This document shows, in pieces, positions 55,298 to 64,000 of a DNA stretch of 64,000 bases. The stretch spans positions 411,524 to 475,523 of the forward strand of contig WGNX01000005.1 of assembly GCA_016124335.1 (NCBI GenBank), given 5' to 3'. The position numbers were made by a program, and so were the translations under genes. A model generated the notes under the pieces. That model had not been told where the DNA came from. It worked only from the letters and a program-made list of their open reading frames with translations, and searched no databases. Numbering within the stretch: the stretch's first letter is position 1; each line of letters opens with the position of its first letter. The DNA is from Alphaproteobacteria bacterium (GTDB lineage Bacteria > Pseudomonadota > Alphaproteobacteria > CACIAM-22H2).

Positions 55298-56398
55298 ATG
55301 GCCGAAGACGAACTTCCGCCCCGTCCGGATGGACCCTTGCGCAGCGGCTGGACAACGGGGGCGTGCGCCGCCGCCGCCGCCCGTGCGGCCGGCGAGGCAC
55401 TGGTCACCGGCCATATGCCGGCGACGGTCGAAATCCGCCTGCCGAAAGGCCAGGTGCCCCGTTTCGCGGTCGTGAACCCCGGAAGCGGGCCGGACTGGGC
55501 CGAAGCGGGAATCGTCAAGGATGCGGGCGACGACCCGGACGTCACGCATGGTGCTGAAATCCGGACGCGCGTCGAGGCAGGCCCGGCCGGGACCGGCGTG
55601 ACGTTCACGGCCGGAGACGGCGTGGGCACCGTCACGCGGCCGGGCCTTCCGCTGGCCGTGGGCGAACCGGCCATCAATCCTGTTCCGCGCGCACTGATCG
55701 CCGCTTCGCTGGCGGAGGTGAATGTGCAATTTGGCGGACCGGCCGACTGGCACGTGCGCGTAAGCGTTCCGGGCGGTGCAGCTCTCGCCGCAAAGACGCT
55801 CAATTCTCGGTTGGGGATTCTCGGCGGCATTTCGATCCTCGGGACGACCGGCATCGTCACGCCATATTCCTGCGCGGCGTGGATCCACTCGATCCATCGC
55901 GGCATCGATGTCGCACGCGCAGCGGGCCTCACGCACGTCGCCGCCGCGACCGGATCGACGTCGGAGGCATTCGTGCAGAAGCTCTACGGCCTTCCCGAAC
56001 ACGCGCTCATCGACATGGGCGACTTCGCGGGTGGCACGCTCAAGTATTTGCGCGCCAAACCGGTGGCGCGGGTCACGCTGGCCGGCGGCTTTGCAAAGCT
56101 TGCCAAGCTCGCGGCGGGCGCGATGGACCTGCACTCCGCGCGCAGCCGCGTCGACGGGTCGCATCTGGCGCGCACGCTGTCCGAACTCGGCGCGAACGAC
56201 GCCCTGCTGTACGAAGCGAAGGAGGGTGCGCCGGCCGGCGCCATCCTCCGGCAGGCTCGCGACGCCGGACTGCCCGTCGGCGAGGCGATTGCACGTCAGG
56301 CGCTTGACGTGGCCCGGTCGATTGTGGGCCCGGCCGTCGCCCTCGACGTGGTCGTCGTCGACCGGGCGGGCGAACTCGTCGGGCGGGCCGGCCCGTGA
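55298..56398 (+). CDS. cbiD: Cobalt-precorrin-5B (C1)-methyltransferase CbiD.
   Basis: The 366-aa ORF shows the CbiD family pattern: LRSGWTTGACAAAAARAA, KDAGDDPDVTHG and ILGTTGIV.PYS..AW. Confidence 0.85.
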   Translation: MAEDELPPRPDGPLRSGWTTGACAAAAARAAGEALVTGHMPATVEIRLPKGQVPRFAVVNPGSGPDWAEAGIVKDAGDDPDVTHGAEIRTRVEAGPAGTGVTFTAGDGVGTVTRPGLPLAVGEPAINPVPRALIAASLAEVNVQFGGPADWHVRVSVPGGAALAAKTLNSRLGILGGISILGTTGIVTPYSCAAWIHSIHRGIDVARAAGLTHVAAATGSTSEAFVQKLYGLPEHALIDMGDFAGGTLKYLRAKPVARVTLAGGFAKLAKLAAGAMDLHSARSRVDGSHLARTLSELGANDALLYEAKEGAPAGAILRQARDAGLPVGEAIARQALDVARSIVGPAVALDVVVVDRAGELVGRAGP

Positions 56399-57132
56399 GC
56401 GGTGCGCGCATCCTTGTCCTTGGCGGGACCGGCGAGGCTCGTTCCCTCGCCGACTCGCTGGTCGATGCGGGCATCGATACGGTTCTGTCGCTCGCCGGCC
56501 GCACGGCGATGCCGGCGGCGAGCCGGGCGAATGTGCGAACGGGCGGGTTCGGCGGCATTGCCGGCCTTTCGACCTATCTGCGGGCCGAAAGGATCGACGC
56601 GTGCATCGACGCGACACACCCCTTCGCCGCGCGGATTTCCGCAAACGCCCTGGCGGCATGCAACGCCGTCGGCGTGCCCAGGCTCGGGCTCGTGCGCCAG
56701 GAATGGGTGCCGGTCGACGGCGATCGCTGGATCACGGTCGACGATCTGGGGCAGGCCGCACGCCTGTTGCCCGCGATGGGGCGGCGGGTTTTCGTGGCAT
56801 TTGCCGACGGGCTCGAGGCATTGGCCGGTCTCGATCTCGACTTCGTGGTGCGGCGCGCCGAGCCGGGCGGCGTGGCATTGGCACGCGCGCAGGTCATCGT
56901 CGATCGCGGCCCGTTCGTGCGCGACGCGGAGCGCGACCTGTTCGCGTCCCTGCATGTCGACGTCGTTCTCGCCAAGGCAAGTGGCGGCACGGCGGCGCGC
57001 GCAAAGCTCGACGCGGCCCGCAATCTGGGCCTGCCGATCATCCTTTTGCGCAGGCCCGAACCGCCGCCGGGGCCGCAGGCCGGCTCGCAGGCGGAAGCGC
57101 TGGCCTGGGCCCGGATGCACGCCGCCCCTTGA
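56395..57132 (+). CDS. cobK: Precorrin-6A / cobalt-precorrin-6A reductase.
   Basis: The ORF has ILVLGGTGEARSLA and IDATHPFAA. It starts at a GTG that forms a GTGA overlap with cbiD. Confidence 0.85.
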   Translation: MSGARILVLGGTGEARSLADSLVDAGIDTVLSLAGRTAMPAASRANVRTGGFGGIAGLSTYLRAERIDACIDATHPFAARISANALAACNAVGVPRLGLVRQEWVPVDGDRWITVDDLGQAARLLPAMGRRVFVAFADGLEALAGLDLDFVVRRAEPGGVALARAQVIVDRGPFVRDAERDLFASLHVDVVLAKASGGTAARAKLDAARNLGLPIILLRRPEPPPGPQAGSQAEALAWARMHAAP

Positions 57133-57163
57133 CCACGGGCCCGGTTCATTCGTCTAATCGCGC

Positions 57164-57724
57164 ATGCGCTTTCTGATCCTGCTTCTCGCCGCTTGCCTGT
57201 TCGCCCAGCCTGCAAGCGCACAGTTCAAGATCGAGGTTCTGCACCGCCGCCCGCTGGCCGAAGCGGCGCGCGACGGCAATATCGAGGCCCTCAAGGCGCA
57301 ACTGGCGGCCAATGTCTCGCCCAACCAGCAGGACCTGGAGTTCCGCCCCGCCATCGTCTGCGCCGCGATGTACGGGCAGATCGAGGCGGTGCGGCTTTTG
57401 ATCGGGGCGAAGGCCAATGTCGACGGGCGGGACAAGGGAAGCCGGACGGCGTTGATGTGGGCGGCCGAGCGCGGCCATACCGCGATCGTCAAGGCGCTCA
57501 TCGACGCGAAAGCCGACAAGGACGCCGACGAGCGCGGCTCGCGCATGACGGCGCTGATGCTGGCTGCGCGCGAAGGGCAACTGCCGGTCGTCGAACTGCT
57601 GGTGAATGCGGGCGCGGATCTTGCCGTGACCGACGTGACCGGCCGCACGGCGCTTGCGCTTGCCGAGACGTCGAACAAGCGGCAGGTCGTCGAATTCCTG
57701 CGGCGCAACAACGCGCCGCGCTGA
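57164..57724 (+). CDS. Secreted ankyrin-repeat protein.
   Basis: A signal peptide (MRFLILLLAACLFAQPASAQ) is followed by four to five ANK-like repeats (TALMWAAERGHTAIVKALIDAKAD; TALMLAAREGQLPVVELLVNAGAD; GRTALALA). Confidence 0.8.
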   Translation: MRFLILLLAACLFAQPASAQFKIEVLHRRPLAEAARDGNIEALKAQLAANVSPNQQDLEFRPAIVCAAMYGQIEAVRLLIGAKANVDGRDKGSRTALMWAAERGHTAIVKALIDAKADKDADERGSRMTALMLAAREGQLPVVELLVNAGADLAVTDVTGRTALALAETSNKRQVVEFLRRNNAPR

Positions 57725-57745
57725 ACCAGCCAACGGAGTGCCACG

Positions 57746-58924
57746 ATGCCCGTCATCAACCGTGTCGCCGCCTTTCACGACGACATGAAGGCGTGGCGGC
57801 GGGAAATCCATAGCCGCCCCGAACTCTGCTTCGAGGAAAAGCGCACGGCCGATCTCGTCGCGGAGAAACTGGCGTCGTTTGGCGTCGAAATCCATCGCGG
57901 GCTGGCGACGACGGGCGTGGTGGGCACGTTGCGCGCGGGAACCTCGGACCGGGCCATCGGCCTTCGCGCGGATCTCGACGCGCTGCCGATGGGCGAAGAC
58001 AACACGTTTTCGCATCGTTCGCTCAATGCCGGCCGCATGCATGCCTGCGGCCATGACGGCCACACGGCGATGCTTCTGGGCGCGGCCAGGTATCTCGCCG
58101 AGACGCGCAATTTCGACGGCACCGTCCATTTCATCTTCCAGCCGGCCGAAGAAGGTGGCGGTGGCGGTCGCGTGATGGTCGAGGAAGGCCTGTTCGACAG
58201 GTTTCCCGTCGAAGCGGTCTACGGAATGCACAACTGGCCCGGGCTCGAGGCCGGGCGGTTTTCGGTCCGTCCCGGGCCGATGATGGCCTCGGCCGACCAG
58301 TTCGACCTGACGATCCGCGGCCTCGGCACGCATGGCGCCATGCCCCATCGCGGGGTCGATCCGGTCGTCTGCGCCTGCCAGATCGTCACCGCCCTGCAGA
58401 CGATCGCCTCGCGCGAGACCAACCCGCTCGAATCGGTCGTGATCAGCGTGACGCAGATCCATGCGGGCGAGGCCTACAACGTCATCCCGAACGAATGCGT
58501 GCTGCGCGGCACGGTGCGCGCCTTCGAGCCCAAGGTGCGCGATGGCCTGCCGGCGGCGATCGAGCGTATCGCCACCGGCATCGCCAGAGCCATGGGCTGC
58601 GAGGCGGCACTTGTCTACAAGCACGGCTATCCGCCGCTGGTGAACACGGCGGCCGAGGTGCGGATCGCCGCCGAAGCGATGGCCGAAGTCGTCGGGGCCG
58701 ACCGCGTGACGACCGACGGTGCGGCGACGATGGGCTCGGAGGATTTCGCCTTCATGCTCGAGGCGAAGCCGGGTGCCTATGTCTTCCTCGGGAATGGTGC
58801 CACGGCCTCGCTGCACAACCCGAAATACGACTTCAACGACGACATCCTGCCCGTGGGCGCTTCCTATTGGGCAACGCTCGTCGAGCAGACGCTCGCGCGG
58901 CGTTCGGCCACAAAGGCCGCGTGA
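57746..58924 (+). CDS. M20D-family amidohydrolase (aminoacylase / hippurate hydrolase-like).
   Basis: The 392-aa ORF has WRREIHSRPELCFEE, MHACGHDGH and FQPAEEGGGG. Confidence 0.85.
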   Translation: MPVINRVAAFHDDMKAWRREIHSRPELCFEEKRTADLVAEKLASFGVEIHRGLATTGVVGTLRAGTSDRAIGLRADLDALPMGEDNTFSHRSLNAGRMHACGHDGHTAMLLGAARYLAETRNFDGTVHFIFQPAEEGGGGGRVMVEEGLFDRFPVEAVYGMHNWPGLEAGRFSVRPGPMMASADQFDLTIRGLGTHGAMPHRGVDPVVCACQIVTALQTIASRETNPLESVVISVTQIHAGEAYNVIPNECVLRGTVRAFEPKVRDGLPAAIERIATGIARAMGCEAALVYKHGYPPLVNTAAEVRIAAEAMAEVVGADRVTTDGAATMGSEDFAFMLEAKPGAYVFLGNGATASLHNPKYDFNDDILPVGASYWATLVEQTLARRSATKAA

Positions 58925-58928
58925 ACCG

Positions 58929-59693
58929 CTAGCGTTTGGCCGGCCGCAGCACGTGACTGTGGTTGGCCGCATAGAGCCGGCTGTCGCCGGCGGCGGCATC
59001 CACCGCTAGCCCCCGGCCGACGAGAATGAGCGCGGTCCGCGTGAAACCCGCTTCCTTCACCTTGGCGCGGATGTCGGCAAGCGTGCCGAAGACGAAGCGC
59101 TCGTCCGGCCAGCTCACGCGCCAGCCTACCGCAACCGGGCAATCCGCGCCGTAGATCGGCGATAGTTCCCGCACGACCTTGGCAAGATTGTTGACCGACA
59201 GGTGGACTGCCAGCGTGGCGCCGGACTGCGCGAACGTCGCCAGTTCCTCGCCCTTGGGCATCGCCGAAGCGCGCGTCGCGGTGCGGGTGAGGACGACGCT
59301 CTGCACCACGCCGGGAAGGGTCAGTTCGCGCTTCATCGCGGCGGCCATCGCCGCAAATGCCGGCACGCCGGGGATGACCTCGTAGGGAATGCCCAGCGCG
59401 TCGAGCCGTCGCATCTGCTCGGCGATCGCCCCATAGAGCGAGGGATCGCCCGAATGCACGCGGGCGATTTCCCAGCCCTTCGCGTGGGCCGCCGCGATGC
59501 GCGCGACAATGGCATCGAGGTCCATCGGCGCAGTATCGATCGCCTCGACGCCCGTCCGCCGTGCCGCGACGACTTCGGCGGGGACAAGCGATCCTGCATA
59601 AAGGACAAGATCGGCGCTTTCGACCGCCCGCAGGCCGCGCAGCGTGATGAGGTCGGGCGCACCTGGCCCGGCACCGACGAAACGGACCGTCAT
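58929..59693 (-). CDS. cobM: Precorrin-4 C11-methyltransferase.
   Basis: Motifs VRFVGAGPGAPDLITLRG and ARVHSGDPSLYGA are present. The start overlaps the stop of the upstream cbiG-cobJ fusion gene by 4 nt. Confidence 0.9.
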   Translation of the reverse strand: MTVRFVGAGPGAPDLITLRGLRAVESADLVLYAGSLVPAEVVAARRTGVEAIDTAPMDLDAIVARIAAAHAKGWEIARVHSGDPSLYGAIAEQMRRLDALGIPYEVIPGVPAFAAMAAAMKRELTLPGVVQSVVLTRTATRASAMPKGEELATFAQSGATLAVHLSVNNLAKVVRELSPIYGADCPVAVGWRVSWPDERFVFGTLADIRAKVKEAGFTRTALILVGRGLAVDAAAGDSRLYAANHSHVLRPAKR

Positions 59694-61456
59694 TTCACTT
59701 CCTTGCGTTCGTAGCCGCGCGGCGTATAGAGCCGCGTTGTGCCGGCAAGTTCCAGGCGGCGTGTCGCCGTGCTGCCGACGAGAACGAGCGTCAGCATGTC
59801 CACCTCGCCGGCCCAGTCGTCGCCCAGCCGGACGATCCTTACGCCTTCGCCCGGCCGGCCGAGATTGCGCGCCAGCGCCACGGGAACTTCCGGCCCGCGC
59901 GCGGCCAGCAGGATTTCGCGCGCGCGCGGCAACAAGGTGGTGCGACGCTGGGAAGCGGGATTGTAGAAGGCCACCACGAAGTCACCGGCCGCAGCCGCCG
60001 CAAGCCGCCGCTCGATATCGGCGACCGGCGTCAGCAGGTCGGAAAGCGAGATCGCGCAGAAATCGTGGCCCAGCGGCGCGCCGAGGCGTGCGGCGGCCGC
60101 CTGAAACGCCGAAATGCCGGGCGCGACGCGCACGGCAATGCGCCGCCATTCCGCGGCGCCCTTGTCCATCCGCTCGAAGGCGAGGGTGGCAAGCGCGTAG
60201 ATGCCGGCATCGCCCGAGCAGACGAGCGCCACGCGGCGCCCTTCGGCCGCCAGCGACAGTGCCCGCTCCACGCGGCCGGTCTCGTCGCCCAGCCCCGTCT
60301 CGTGACGCGGCTTTCCGGCAATCAGCTCGGCGACAAGATCGAGATAGAGTCCGTAGCCGACGACATCGTCGGCGGCACGCAACGCCGCGCTCGCCTCGGG
60401 CGTGCGCCAATCGGCGGCACCCGGGCCGATGCCCACGATGTCGAGATGGCCGCGCGCGCGCCCGAGCGTGTGCGCGTCAATCGGCGATGGCGCCAGTGCA
60501 ATCGCACAGGTCGCGCGCTTCGATTTCTGCTTCGCGACGATCAGGCGGGCATCCGGCCCGGCTGCGGCAAGTGCTGCCGCTTCGGCGACCGACGGCGTGC
60601 CCACGGCCGCGCGCACGACGTCGGATGCCTGCGAAACGCGGTGTTCTTCCCTTGCCAGCGTTTGGGCGTCGAAAAAGCGGGCGGGCACGCCGAGCTTGTC
60701 GGCAAGGGCAAGAATCGCCTGCTCGTCGGATTTGAGGTCGAGCGACACGACGCAGGCGATGGACGTCGGCGCCAGCCCCGCACCGGCGATCGCCGATCCT
60801 GCAAGTTCGGCGACTTCCGCCTCGGGCGCGCCGCGTTCCGCGCCGATGCCGAGCGCAAGGACCGGCGGATGGTAGACGAGCCGTTCGCCCGTTCCCGCGT
60901 CGGCCAGATGCGTCACGCGGATCGAAAGGCCGGCATTCGCATCGCGCTTCAATCCGGCAAGCCACGGCGCTTCACCCTCCACGCGCACGCCTTCTCCGGC
61001 GATCAGTGCGGCCGCGACGGGCTTGATCGTCGCCGGGTTGGCGATCCGCCAGCCCGGTGGCGGCTCGTCGAGCGACAGGCCAAGCAACCCATCGCCTGCC
61101 GTCGTGACGGCAGCGGTGCCGCCAAGCTTCGCGGCGATCTCGCGTGCCATTGCGTTGGCGCCGCGATGCCCGCCCAGCAGCGGAACGGCTTGGCTCCCGT
61201 CGGCGGAAACGGCGACGAGCGGCGGTTCGCGCGCCTTGTCGGCGAGCAGCGGTGCGACAGCCCGGATCAGGATACCGGCCGCACAGAAGCCGACGATGGG
61301 CCGGCCCGCGGCAAACATCTCGGCAACGTGAGCAAGCGTGGCGGTGAAGGTGACATCGGCGCCCGAGACGCGCCCGGCAAGGCCGTGGATCTCGCCGCCG
61401 ATGCGGCGGGCAAGAACGGCGCCCTCTTCGGTGAGGCAGACCAGTGCGGGCGTCAT
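59690..61456 (-). CDS. cobJ: CbiG-like / precorrin-3B C17-methyltransferase (CobJ/CbiH) fusion protein.
   Basis: I trimmed the 726-aa track ORF to MTPALVCLTEEG..., whose start forms an ATGA overlap with the cobI stop. The N-terminal ~340 aa are CbiG-like (VAVSADGSQAVPLLGGHRGANAMA; LALGIGAERG; SLDLKSDE). The C-terminal ~245 aa form the methyltransferase (LDIVGIGPGAADWRTPEA, VCSGDAGIYA). Confidence 0.85.
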   Translation of the reverse strand: MTPALVCLTEEGAVLARRIGGEIHGLAGRVSGADVTFTATLAHVAEMFAAGRPIVGFCAAGILIRAVAPLLADKAREPPLVAVSADGSQAVPLLGGHRGANAMAREIAAKLGGTAAVTTAGDGLLGLSLDEPPPGWRIANPATIKPVAAALIAGEGVRVEGEAPWLAGLKRDANAGLSIRVTHLADAGTGERLVYHPPVLALGIGAERGAPEAEVAELAGSAIAGAGLAPTSIACVVSLDLKSDEQAILALADKLGVPARFFDAQTLAREEHRVSQASDVVRAAVGTPSVAEAAALAAAGPDARLIVAKQKSKRATCAIALAPSPIDAHTLGRARGHLDIVGIGPGAADWRTPEASAALRAADDVVGYGLYLDLVAELIAGKPRHETGLGDETGRVERALSLAAEGRRVALVCSGDAGIYALATLAFERMDKGAAEWRRIAVRVAPGISAFQAAAARLGAPLGHDFCAISLSDLLTPVADIERRLAAAAAGDFVVAFYNPASQRRTTLLPRAREILLAARGPEVPVALARNLGRPGEGVRIVRLGDDWAGEVDMLTLVLVGSTATRRLELAGTTRLYTPRGYERKEVK

Positions 61457-62157
61457 TTCCAGGCCTTCGCGCGCCGGTGGACGAGAACGAGCGAGAAATA
61501 GGGCGCCTGATCGTGCGCGACATCGGCCAGCGCCATGCAGCGTTCGTCCGTCATCCCGGCGCGCTCGACATAGAGAGCGTCGGCCGCGAGACCGGCGCGC
61601 TCCAGCAGGGCTTTCAGGCGCGCGAAATGCCGGCCGAGCTTCAGGAACACCAGCGATTCGTGCGCGGCGATCCGCCGCTCGATTTCGCCATCGTCGAGCG
61701 TGGCGGGCACGACCGCGACGCTGTCCGCGCGTGCGGCAAGCGCATGACCGGACAGTGCGGCCGATGCGGCAAACGACGTGACGCCCGGCACGATCCGGCA
61801 GTCGAACCGGTCGGCAAGCCGCGCATGGAGATACATGAACGAGCCATAGAACAGCGGATCGCCGAGGCACAGCAGCGCCACGTCACGCCCGGCCGAAAGA
61901 TGCGCGGCGAGCAGTCCGGCGCCCGCGTCGTAAGCCTCGCGCGCGGGATGGCGCTCGATCTCGATGGGCAGGCGCACCGGACATTCGATGCGGCCGGCCG
62001 GTACGTGCGGCGCCGCGATCTCGCGCGCGAGCGACGGACCGCTTTCGGGCGCCGGATAGGCAAGCACCGGGCAGGCGGCAATGAGGCGCACCGCCTTGAG
62101 CGTCAGAAGTTCGGGGTCGCCGGGCCCCACGCCGATTCCGTGGAGGATGCCGGTCAT
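61453..62157 (-). CDS. cobI: Precorrin-2 C20-methyltransferase.
   Basis: I trimmed the gene to [22 protein letters not shown].... CLGDPLFYGS is also present. The start forms an ATGA overlap with the cobL stop. Confidence 0.9.
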   Translation of the reverse strand: MTGILHGIGVGPGDPELLTLKAVRLIAACPVLAYPAPESGPSLAREIAAPHVPAGRIECPVRLPIEIERHPAREAYDAGAGLLAAHLSAGRDVALLCLGDPLFYGSFMYLHARLADRFDCRIVPGVTSFAASAALSGHALAARADSVAVVPATLDDGEIERRIAAHESLVFLKLGRHFARLKALLERAGLAADALYVERAGMTDERCMALADVAHDQAPYFSLVLVHRRAKAWK

Positions 62158-63359
62158 GGCTTGCGGACCGCGAGCTGGACGACCGGCATCGCCGCGCGCC
62201 ATCCGCGATGCGCGCCAATCGTGTCCGCGTGGGAGATCGCGATGCGCGAAATTTCACCGCCCTGCTCGGCGTGGAACGCTGTCAGCGCGGCTTCGCCTTC
62301 CAGCGTGACGGCATTCGAAACAAACGTGCCACCCGGCTTCAGCGCCGCCCAGCAGGCCGCAAGAACGCCGGGTGTGGAGACGCCGCCGCCGACGAAAACC
62401 GCATCGGGCGTATCGAGGCCGGCGAGCGCTTCGGGCGCGTCGCCCGCCGCGATCTCGATATCCGGAACGCCCAGCGTTTCGGCGTTGCGCGCGACGCGCC
62501 CGCGGCGATGCGCATCGCGCTCGATGGCGATCGCGCGCATTGCCGCCCCGGCACGCAGCCATTCGATCGCGACCGATCCGTTGCCGGCACCCACGTCCCA
62601 CAGCAACTGGCCCGGCAGCGGCGCCAGGGCGGCGAGCGTGATCGCGCGCACCGCGCGCTTGGTGAGTTGTCCATCGTGCTCAAAGCAGTCGTCCGGCAGG
62701 CCGGCGACGCGTGGCAGCGGGCGGGCATCGGGCCCGGCCACGCATTCAACCGCAAGCACGTTCAGATCGTCGATGCGCGCGTGCGGCCACTCGCCGGCCG
62801 TGGCCGCGACGCGGCGTTCGGTGGAACCGCCGGCACGTTCGATCGCCGTCATGCGCGAGGCGCCGAAGCCGCGCGTGGCAAGGAATGCGGCGACGGTGGC
62901 GGGCGTCGCCCCGTCATGCGTGAGCAGCAGCAGGCGCACGCGGTCGGCAAGATGCAAAGCAAGGGCGGCCAGCGGCCGGCCGTGGACCGAAAGGGCCGTG
63001 CAATCGGCCAGCGGCCACGCCATCCGGGCCGCCGCAAGTGCCAGCGAGGACACATGCGGAACAATGCGCATTTCGGCGGCCGGAAAGCGGCGGGCCAGCG
63101 TGGCACCCGCGCCGAACCACATCGGATCGCCGGAGGCGAGAACCACGACTCGCGTGCCACGTCGCCGGGCGATGGCGTCGAGCGTGTTTGCAAGCGGGTT
63201 CTCCCAGGCGAGCTTTTCGGCTGTCACGCCGGCGGCGAAGGCGAGGTGGCGCTTGCCGCCGACGAGCGTCTGCGCGTCGGCGATCGCCGCGCGTGCGGCC
63301 GGCGACAGGCCTTCCAGCCCGTCCTCGCCGATGCCCACCACGGAAAGCCAGGCATTCAT
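62154..63359 (-). CDS. cobL: Precorrin-6Y C5,15-methyltransferase (decarboxylating).
   Basis: I trimmed the gene to [19 protein letters not shown].... It has a CbiE-like half ([10 protein letters not shown]) and a CbiT-like half ([14 protein letters not shown]). The start forms an ATGA overlap with the cobH stop. Confidence 0.9.
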   Translation of the reverse strand: MNAWLSVVGIGEDGLEGLSPAARAAIADAQTLVGGKRHLAFAAGVTAEKLAWENPLANTLDAIARRRGTRVVVLASGDPMWFGAGATLARRFPAAEMRIVPHVSSLALAAARMAWPLADCTALSVHGRPLAALALHLADRVRLLLLTHDGATPATVAAFLATRGFGASRMTAIERAGGSTERRVAATAGEWPHARIDDLNVLAVECVAGPDARPLPRVAGLPDDCFEHDGQLTKRAVRAITLAALAPLPGQLLWDVGAGNGSVAIEWLRAGAAMRAIAIERDAHRRGRVARNAETLGVPDIEIAAGDAPEALAGLDTPDAVFVGGGVSTPGVLAACWAALKPGGTFVSNAVTLEGEAALTAFHAEQGGEISRIAISHADTIGAHRGWRAAMPVVQLAVRKP

Positions 63360-63997
63360 GCCGGCGCCCCGTCTTCCGGATTGCCGCCAAGCGCGTTGAC
63401 GGCAGCTGCCGCCATGGCGCTGCCGCCGCGCCGGCCGGGCAGGGTGGCGAAGGCAAGCCCGCGGGGATTCTCGACAAGTGCCTGCTTGGACTCGACCGCA
63501 CCGACGAAGCCGACCGGGAAGGCCAGCACAGCCGCCGGTCGCGGGCCGCCGCTGTCGACGATGTCGAGCAGGCGGAACAGTGCCGTCGGCGCGTTGCCGA
63601 TCGCAACCACGGCACCGGCAAGGCGCTGCCCCCACAGATCGACAGCAGCGGCCGAGCGTGTGGTGTGCATTTCGTCTGCTCGCCTGACCGCATCGGGCGT
63701 GTCGACAAGGCAGACCAGTTCGTTGCCGGCCGGCAGGCGGCGGCGCTGGATGCCGTGGACGACCATCATGGCATCGCACAGGACCGGTGCGCCGGCTGCC
63801 AGCGCTTCGCGCGCGCGCGCGACGACATCGGTGCTGGCGATCATCGCCTCCGCCACGTCGGCCATTCCGCTGGCGTGCGCGACGCGCAGCGCCAGCGCCG
63901 CGACGTCAGGGGCAAAGCGGTCGAGCTTCGCCTCCGCCCGGATCGTCGCAAACGAGCGCCGGTAGATCTCCGCGGGATCGCGCAGGTAGTCGATCAT
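63356..63997 (-). CDS. cobH: Precorrin-8X methylmutase.
   Basis: The 213-aa ORF begins [20 protein letters not shown] and has the pattern VAHASGM...AIGNAPTAL...P.GFVGA.ESK. The start lies 3 nt from the window end, so its promoter is outside the window. Confidence 0.9.
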   Translation of the reverse strand: MIDYLRDPAEIYRRSFATIRAEAKLDRFAPDVAALALRVAHASGMADVAEAMIASTDVVARAREALAAGAPVLCDAMMVVHGIQRRRLPAGNELVCLVDTPDAVRRADEMHTTRSAAAVDLWGQRLAGAVVAIGNAPTALFRLLDIVDSGGPRPAAVLAFPVGFVGAVESKQALVENPRGLAFATLPGRRGGSAMAAAAVNALGGNPEDGAPA

Positions 63998-64000
63998 CGT

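Overview
The window is a gene-dense, visibly GC-rich chromosomal segment whose gene content and operon style look alphaproteobacterial. I support about 65 protein-coding genes, one tRNA-Gly(CCC), one probable SAM-II riboswitch with an attenuator-like terminator, and several intercistronic hairpins and candidate operators. I saw no rRNA, CRISPR array, IS element, transposase, integrase or prophage gene.

Gene content from left to right:
- paaX-paaABCDE, the phenylacetyl-CoA epoxidase operon; paaE runs off the left edge.
- A carbohydrate ABC uptake operon that has no ATPase and ends in a PhyH-type dioxygenase.
- corA, then a TPR/GT41 glycosyltransferase-like gene and a gene of unknown function.
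- A co-directional six-gene block on the minus strand: tcuA-tcuB, TRAP dctP and fused dctQM, a PrpF-family isomerase and a PcaB-like lyase.
- tRNA-Gly, then riboswitch-controlled metZ.
- apaG, folE, an ArgE-type M20 enzyme, and the argD-argF-hslO operon.
- recX flanked by small PAS/GAF sensor-like proteins.
- A BtuF-like binding protein without a signal peptide, and an NMT1-type ABC importer.
- A flavin amine-oxidase/SAM-methyltransferase fusion followed by an ABC exporter with a polyacidic N-terminus and a secreted unknown protein.
- A translationally coupled triad: Moco oxidoreductase, glutathione peroxidase and a class-V PLP enzyme.
- glpK plus ugpBAEC, then phaZ.
- A split cobalamin (cob/cbi) cluster that runs to the right edge.

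The candidates I consider most worth follow-up:
- The non-canonical tricarboxylate operon, tcuAB with a TRAP transporter, a PrpF-family isomerase and a lyase.
- The FAD/methyltransferase fusion with its exporter module.
- The Moco/Gpx/PLP triad.
- The non-cob genes embedded in a mixed cob/cbi cluster.

Limits: all family assignments rest on reading the translated ORFs and recalling family motifs. No database search was run. Coordinates of trimmed starts come from manual counting.
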